The notes beneath the pieces are model-generated. The model searched no databases and was not told the DNA's origin. It saw only the letters and a list, made by a program, of their open reading frames with translations. From Promethearchaeota archaeon (lineage in GTDB: Archaea > Asgardarchaeota > Odinarchaeia > Odinarchaeales > JBHLKK01): a stretch of DNA of 19,276 bases. Within the stretch, counting starts at the first letter, position 1, and every line of letters starts with the position of its first letter. The DNA lies in assembly GCA_048939465.1 (NCBI GenBank), contig JBHLPL010000028.1:1-19276 (forward strand). The letters run 5' to 3'. A program made the position numbers and the translations under genes. Below are positions 7,798-13,593 of this stretch, piece after piece.

Positions 7798-9922
7798 AAG
7801 CAAAGTAGCACTGTTTTTGTGCACCTGTGGAAGAACTCTATCCAAGACCATAGATTTTGAGCAGTTAGTCAACTTCTCCTCAGAGCTTGAAGATGTAGAA
7901 GTAGTTAGAGTTCATGATACCCTATGTCTGGATAAGGGACTTGACTTCTTCACAAAGACCTTAAAGGATGAAAAAATAGGTGCTGCAGTCATCGCTGCGT
8001 GCTCCCCTCAAATCTATGAAGAGAGATTTCTAAAAGCAATTCATAAATCTAAGTTGGGCACCCTCATCGATTTTGCTAACATCCGAGAACAATCAGCCTG
8101 GGTACATAGCTCCACCCCTCAGAAAGCTACAAACAAAGCCAAAGTAATGATCGCATCATCTATTGAAAAGGTAAAAGGAATGAAAGAAGAAAAAGCTGAG
8201 AAGAGAAAGGTCAATAAAAGCGCACTGATTGTTGGGGGAGGAATTGCAGGCTTAAACGCCGCCCTAGATATTGCAGGACAAGGATTTAATGTAATCATAG
8301 TTGAAAAGACCTCCAGCATCGGTGGCTTATCCAGATTGTTTGAAGAGACGGAAATCAGAGATTTAGTTAGTCAGAGTATGGATGATGTAAAGAAAAACAG
8401 GAGAATTAGGATCTTCAGTAATTCCCTCGTGAAAGATGTGAAAGGCGTTCCTGGGGCTTATGATGTAGTCATTGCCGGAACTTCTGAATCTGAGAAAGAA
8501 CCGGTTGAATTGCAAGTAGGTGCAATACTCCTGGCAACTGGTTTGCGGGAATATGACCCATCTTCAATTCCGAAACTGAAATACGGGAAACACAAGAACA
8601 TCATAACAGGTCTCCAGGTATCTCAGATGATGCACCCGGATGGGGCAACTGGTGGCAAGATAATTGTCCCCTCGACAAAGAAAAAACCCAAACGAGTGAT
8701 GTTCATCCAGTGTGTTGGCTCGCGCGACTCCCGACACAAATGGTATTGCTCAAGCATATGCTGCAATTATGCCCTCAAGCATGCCAACAGACTCAACGAA
8801 CTGGGAATAGAAACTTTTGTTAATTATGTGGATATCCGCACACCCTATCTTGATGAGAAAAGATACATTGACGCTTTGAAGAAAGGGACTATATTCCTGA
8901 AAGGAGAGGTCAAAGGCATAAGAGAAAATGCCGATGAACTCACAGTTTCCATAGATGACACTTTGACAGGGGATAAACTTGATATAAACTGCGATATGGT
9001 TGTCCTAAACCCAGCTTTGGTCCCGACAGAAGAAGCAGAAACTCTTTCCAGACTTCTAGGTATTGGTCTCGATTCTGCTGGATTCTATCAAACTGTCTAT
9101 CCCAAGGTAATTACTGCCGAAAGCAAATCTAGAGGGTTGTTCATATGTGGCTCCGCTTTCAGCCCCATGGATATACAGCAGACCCTTGTGCATGCGCATG
9201 CGGCAGCTCTGGAAGCCGTAGAATTCCTTCGAAGAAGCACAATTGAACCTCGAAAGACTATACCAGAACTTGATGAGGAGCTCTGCGACGCCTGTAGGGC
9301 TTGTGAATCAATGTGTGGTTTTAACGCTGTAAAAGTTGAGGCAGTCGAAGCTGGACGAGAAGTCGCGAAACTCAGATTGGAGAACTGTGTTGGGTGTGGT
9401 GTTTGCGCAGCCGTTTGTCCAACAAAGGCAATCCAGCTCAGGAACTATGATCAAGAAACCCTTTTTGCCCAGATCGAAACCGTTGTGAAAACGGCCTCAG
9501 ATATTGATGCAAGCGAACCAGTAATCTTGGGACTATATTGTAATGAATGCGCATACTGTAGCGCTGATATGGCTGGGAGATTGCATAAAGAATACTCCTC
9601 AAATATATATCCCATTACTGTGCCGTGTGCTGGAAGAATTTCAGTTCTTGAGATTCTGAAAGCTCTTACCGAAGGCGCCGATGGGGTGTTTATTGCAGCT
9701 TGCCCAAGCAAAAGCTGCCACTACCCCCCTGCTACAGACAGTGCTCGATTAATGATTGATTTCACAAAAGAAATCTTAGATGCACTTGGCGTTGATGAGA
9801 GAAGAGTAGAGATCTTTAATATGGTCTCGTATGACCCAATCAAATTTGCTGAATCTGCCAATCTAATGGCTGAGAGAGTTACGAAACTTGGCCCGAATCC
9901 TGTGAAGAATGCAACAGAATGA
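7778..9922 (+). CDS. hdrA: HdrA-MvhD fusion (N-terminal domain + FAD domain + C-terminal 2x4Fe-4S + MvhD 2Fe-2S domain); QmoB-like layout; start 7778 or 7790
   Basis: FLCTCG, AACSP, NIREQSAWVH, IVGGGIAG, LLATG, QCVGSR...CSSICC, CDACRACESMCG/CVGCGVCAAVCP, then MvhD-type YCNECAY, VPCAGRI, GADGVFIAACPSKSCHY, LGPNPV. Lacks the FPTxDC loop and the inserted ferredoxin domain. Confidence 0.92.
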   Translation: MRRRMRRSKVALFLCTCGRTLSKTIDFEQLVNFSSELEDVEVVRVHDTLCLDKGLDFFTKTLKDEKIGAAVIAACSPQIYEERFLKAIHKSKLGTLIDFANIREQSAWVHSSTPQKATNKAKVMIASSIEKVKGMKEEKAEKRKVNKSALIVGGGIAGLNAALDIAGQGFNVIIVEKTSSIGGLSRLFEETEIRDLVSQSMDDVKKNRRIRIFSNSLVKDVKGVPGAYDVVIAGTSESEKEPVELQVGAILLATGLREYDPSSIPKLKYGKHKNIITGLQVSQMMHPDGATGGKIIVPSTKKKPKRVMFIQCVGSRDSRHKWYCSSICCNYALKHANRLNELGIETFVNYVDIRTPYLDEKRYIDALKKGTIFLKGEVKGIRENADELTVSIDDTLTGDKLDINCDMVVLNPALVPTEEAETLSRLLGIGLDSAGFYQTVYPKVITAESKSRGLFICGSAFSPMDIQQTLVHAHAAALEAVEFLRRSTIEPRKTIPELDEELCDACRACESMCGFNAVKVEAVEAGREVAKLRLENCVGCGVCAAVCPTKAIQLRNYDQETLFAQIETVVKTASDIDASEPVILGLYCNECAYCSADMAGRLHKEYSSNIYPITVPCAGRISVLEILKALTEGADGVFIAACPSKSCHYPPATDSARLMIDFTKEILDALGVDERRVEIFNMVSYDPIKFAESANLMAERVTKLGPNPVKNATE

Positions 9923-9935
9923 GGAAGGAAAGATA

Positions 9936-10418
9936 TTGCTTACAAAAAGGGAACACCTCGTCAGATTGCTGCAGAAACTGGCAATACGGCAGCCAAAGGC
10001 TCCCGTAGTTACGCCCGAAAAACTTGAAGGGTTTATTACCATACTAGTCAAATCCACAAGATGTACGTTATGCAATAAGTGTGTGGAAATATGTCCAGAG
10101 GATGCTCTTTCTCCCCTCAAAATCTTTGATCTTGCCTCAGTTCTGAAGTCTCCCTATCCAAAAGACTTGAGAGCGAAGAACAGATTGACACTATATGAAT
10201 TATTGCAGAAATTGGCACGTGAAACCCCAAAGGGTCAAATCATCGTGCCTGAGGGGCTAGAAGGGTTCGGGGACATAGAATTCCGCCCGGAGAAATGTAC
10301 TGCTTGCGACAAGTGCAAAGAAGTGTGTCCTGAAGATGCTATTGAGGTCCTACCACAATTCGACCTTCCAAGAGCATTGGAAAACTTGGCAAAACGCCCA
10401 AAGGAGGCCGAAGATTGA
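9936..10418 (+). CDS. Ferredoxin-like protein built from two ~78-aa repeats, each with one 4Fe-4S motif; start TTG 9936 (or ATG 9909)
   Basis: CTLCNKCVEICPEDAL and CTACDKCKEVCPEDAI are 234 nt apart. GAGGAAGG SD at 9921-9928 precedes the in-frame TTG at 9936. Confidence 0.85.
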   Translation: MLTKREHLVRLLQKLAIRQPKAPVVTPEKLEGFITILVKSTRCTLCNKCVEICPEDALSPLKIFDLASVLKSPYPKDLRAKNRLTLYELLQKLARETPKGQIIVPEGLEGFGDIEFRPEKCTACDKCKEVCPEDAIEVLPQFDLPRALENLAKRPKEAED

Positions 10419-12415
10419 ACAAAAAAGTCAATAGCAAAGGCTCAAACGAAAATGCAAGAATAGGAGTTTTTGTATGCCATTGCGGTTCCAATATTGCTGG
10501 TGTAATTGACGTAGGAGATGTGGCCAAATATTCGAAGAGTCTACCTCACGTAGCTTTCGCCAAAGACTACATATTCATGTGTTCCGAAAGTGGGCAAAAG
10601 CTAATCAAGGATTCCATAGGTAAGCACGGACTCAATCGAATTGTTGTAGCAGCTTGTTCACCAAAGCTACACGGACCAACATTTAAGCGTTGCATATCTG
10701 AAGCTGGGCTGAATCCGTATTTTCTTGAGATGCCAAACATTAGAGAGCAATGTAGCTGGGCACATATGAACGAATCCAAAAAGGCTACTGAGAAGGCTAA
10801 AACGTTGATTCGTGGAGTTGCCGAGAAAGCTGCTCTGCTTGAGCCTGTTGAGAGTATGAGGGCACCTGTCACAAAAGCGGCTTTAATCATTGGGGGAGGG
10901 ATTTCTGGAATTCAGGCGGCTTTAGATTTGGCTGATGCTGGCATCAGAGTATACTTGGTTGAAAGATCCCCCTCGATCGGCGGAAACATGGCTCGACTCG
11001 AGAAGACATTTCCTACTGACGACTGCGCCATGTGCATACTCTCTCCAAAAATGAATGATGTGAGAGCCCATCCTAGCATAGAGCTTCTTTCTTACAGCGA
11101 AGTGATAGATGTTTCAGGATACATAGGAAATTTCAACGTTAGTGTCCTCAAAAAGCCAAGATTTGTTGATGCCCTGAAATGTACAGGTTGTGGAGTATGT
11201 GCTGAAGTGTGTCCTGTAAAGGTACCAGCAGAATGGGAGCTGAGAATGGGTATGAGATCGGCCGCATATATCCCGTTCCCTCAATCGGTGCCGCTTACTC
11301 ATGTCATTGATCGAGAGAAATGCATAGATTGTGGCCTGTGCGAAGTATCATGTCCGTCAGGTGCTATTGATTTTGGTCAAATGCCAGAGGAGGTCAAACT
11401 GGAGGTAGGTGTGATAATTGTAGCAACTGGTTGGCAACAGTGGGATCCATCTCCAATGAGGGAATACGGGTACGGAATCTATCCAAACGTTATTACACAA
11501 TTACAACTTGCTCAAATGCTTGAATCTGTTGGTCCGACCAATGGCAAAATAGTTCGGGCTGATGGAAAGCCCGCAAAAAGAATAACAATGATACAGTGTG
11601 TAGGCTCCAGAGACGAGAAATACAACTCATATTGCTCGAGCGTATGTTGTATGGCAGCAATCAAGAATGCGCAGCTGGTAAAACTTGAGCACGTACGCGA
11701 TGCCGAAATAACAATATGCTACATAGATATTCGGGCTTATCGGAAGGACTTTGAGGAATACTACAGTCGTTCAAGAGAATACGGCATCGATTTCATACGC
11801 GGTAATGTTTCAAAAGTCTATGAAGACCCTAATACAGGCTTGATGAGAATCCAAGTATACGACACATTGCTGGACAGACTGATAGAACTTGAGTCAGATA
11901 TTGTTGTACTCTCTACGGCAACAATTCCTTCTGAAGGAACCTCAGAATTGGCCCAAAAGCTGGGAATAGACATTGGACCCGAAGGATTCTTGAAAGAGCT
12001 ACATCCTAAACTCAAACCGGTGAACAGCAAAATAGAAGGCATTTTCATATGTGGAGCGGCGCAAGGACCAAAAGACATTCCCGATTCGATAGCTCAGGCG
12101 AGCGCGGCGGCAGCCAGGGCAAATATACCCCTCGCCAAAGGATATGTCATAATAGACCTAATGGTGGCTGACGTGAACAAAGAGCTTTGTACGGCCTGCG
12201 CCATATGCGTGGATGTATGTCCTTTTGCAGCTTTGGAGATGAATGAAGAGGAGAATGTTGCTGAAGTCAATCCGCTGAAATGCAAGGGATGTGGGACTTG
12301 CTGCGGAGCCTGTCCTACAGGAGCTATCCAACTGGCCCACTATCGCGACGATCAAATCATCGCCCAGGTAAAGGGTATATTGGCATCATCGAAGGAAGTC
12401 TCGGAGGAAATCTAG
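10415..12415 (+). CDS. hdrA: Full-length heterodisulfide reductase subunit A
   Basis: GVFVCHCG, MCS, AACSP, NIREQCSW, IIGGGISG, KTFPTDDCAMCILSPKM, inserted ferredoxin (CTGCGVCAEVCP/CIDCGLCEVSCP), QCVGSR...CSSVCC and C-terminal CTACAICVDVCP/CKGCGTCCGACP. TTG start with AGGAGG SD. Confidence 0.96.
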   Translation: MNKKVNSKGSNENARIGVFVCHCGSNIAGVIDVGDVAKYSKSLPHVAFAKDYIFMCSESGQKLIKDSIGKHGLNRIVVAACSPKLHGPTFKRCISEAGLNPYFLEMPNIREQCSWAHMNESKKATEKAKTLIRGVAEKAALLEPVESMRAPVTKAALIIGGGISGIQAALDLADAGIRVYLVERSPSIGGNMARLEKTFPTDDCAMCILSPKMNDVRAHPSIELLSYSEVIDVSGYIGNFNVSVLKKPRFVDALKCTGCGVCAEVCPVKVPAEWELRMGMRSAAYIPFPQSVPLTHVIDREKCIDCGLCEVSCPSGAIDFGQMPEEVKLEVGVIIVATGWQQWDPSPMREYGYGIYPNVITQLQLAQMLESVGPTNGKIVRADGKPAKRITMIQCVGSRDEKYNSYCSSVCCMAAIKNAQLVKLEHVRDAEITICYIDIRAYRKDFEEYYSRSREYGIDFIRGNVSKVYEDPNTGLMRIQVYDTLLDRLIELESDIVVLSTATIPSEGTSELAQKLGIDIGPEGFLKELHPKLKPVNSKIEGIFICGAAQGPKDIPDSIAQASAAAARANIPLAKGYVIIDLMVADVNKELCTACAICVDVCPFAALEMNEEENVAEVNPLKCKGCGTCCGACPTGAIQLAHYRDDQIIAQVKGILASSKEVSEEI

Positions 12416-12844
12416 GTGAGTGAAGAAAAAGAGTTCGAACCGATAATCCTAGCTTTCTGCTGCAATGAGTGCTCATACGCTGCCGCGGATCTGGCTGGTA
12501 CAAGTCGTCTCCAATATCCGACAAACGTCCGAATAATTTTGATACCATGCACAGGAAGAATCGATCTGACCTATATTTTTGAGTCATTTGTCAACGGTGC
12601 TGATGGCGTTCTCGTAGAAGGATGCCTAAAGGACCAATGCCATTATGTCGACGGGAATTATAGAGCTGAAAGACGTGTCGAATTTGCAAAAAGGATACTC
12701 GACGAGATCGGTATAGGTAATGAAAGGCTGGAAATGCATTTCATCTCGGCTGGTATGCCTGTGAAGTTCGCCGAGGTAGCCAGGGAATTTGTCAGAAAAA
12801 TCAAAAAACTAGGTCCAAATCCCCTTAAATTGCGGAGCAGGTAA
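12416..12844 (+). CDS. mvhD: MvhD-type 2Fe-2S subunit (methyl-viologen-reducing hydrogenase delta)
   Basis: FCCNECSYAAAD, IPCTGRID, GADGVLVEGCLKDQCHYVDGN and LGPNP. GTG start abuts the hdrA TAG. GGAGG at 12403-12407. Confidence 0.95.
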   Translation: MSEEKEFEPIILAFCCNECSYAAADLAGTSRLQYPTNVRIILIPCTGRIDLTYIFESFVNGADGVLVEGCLKDQCHYVDGNYRAERRVEFAKRILDEIGIGNERLEMHFISAGMPVKFAEVAREFVRKIKKLGPNPLKLRSR

Positions 12845-13004
12845 CAATTCTAACAAGAAAAAAAAGCTAAGCGGTGTCATTTTCTTCATCGAATTAATTC
12901 TCAGTGCAGGTCAGTCTCAGCATCTGTACTTAGAGATAGGCTAGAAGCCTTAAGAATTTTTTGCTAATACGAACGGAGCGCTTCTGGGGCCTCTTCCGTC
13001 GGGC

Positions 13005-13114
13005 GCTTTTGCCAAACTACTGTTAATCTCCTTTTCTAAGATAGAGATAACATTAATTTATCAGAATGGTAATATTCCTAAGTGTTGATGAGGTCGATTC
13101 ACTTTGGCAAAAGC
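13005..13114. repeat. Perfect 12-bp inverted repeat GCTTTTGCCAAA (13005-13016) / TTTGGCAAAAGC (13103-13114) with an 86-bp spacer
   Basis: Read directly. The right arm contains the TTG start of ORF 13104. Confidence 0.75.
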
Positions 13115-13511
13115 TGAGAATCTCAATAAACTCATGAGAAAGATTGTATATGCCCTTTACTCCGACGAAGTCCACTCGTTCTACCGTGAATCTTCTGCAA
13201 ACCCTCAAATTAGATATTCTCCTACAGATCTCTTCGCCGACATACAAGATTCTAATGGACTTCCTGAGGCGGTGAACCATCTTATACACTTGGGTTTTTT
13301 GAAAGGTGAAAAGCTTCAAGATGGAAGAACGGTTTACTCGCTATCCGGCGAAAAGATGGAGCAGGTTAGGGATTTTTGGTTTTCTGAGTTGAGAAACATC
13401 ATGTCAGAGAAACTTCAGGTTGTTATAGCTAAGTTGTTTGCAAAGAAGATCGCACTCGGATGGGATGAATCTGAGGCTCAGGAAGCAGCTACCCCATCAT
13501 TTAAAGAGTAG
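13104..13511 (+). CDS. Hypothetical protein, possibly winged-helix fold
   Basis: 135-aa ORF with TTG start and GAGGTCGA SD. LPEAVNHLIHLGFLKGEKLQDGRTVYSLS resembles a recognition helix plus beta-wing. No family recognised. Confidence 0.6.
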   Translation: MAKAENLNKLMRKIVYALYSDEVHSFYRESSANPQIRYSPTDLFADIQDSNGLPEAVNHLIHLGFLKGEKLQDGRTVYSLSGEKMEQVRDFWFSELRNIMSEKLQVVIAKLFAKKIALGWDESEAQEAATPSFKE

Positions 13512-13593
13512 AGGTCCCCAAAACGTAGCAAATAGTTTTTATAGCCTTCTTTCCAAGAGTCTTTTGATGTACTCATTTTTGAGGCTGTAGGAC

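Noticed and set aside
10981-12660. Selenocysteine recoding in HdrA (FPTDDCxxC) or MvhD, which carry Sec in some archaea
   Set aside because: The relevant positions are TGC/TGT Cys codons, all ORFs are open without in-frame TGA, and the terminal TGA stops fall at natural protein ends.
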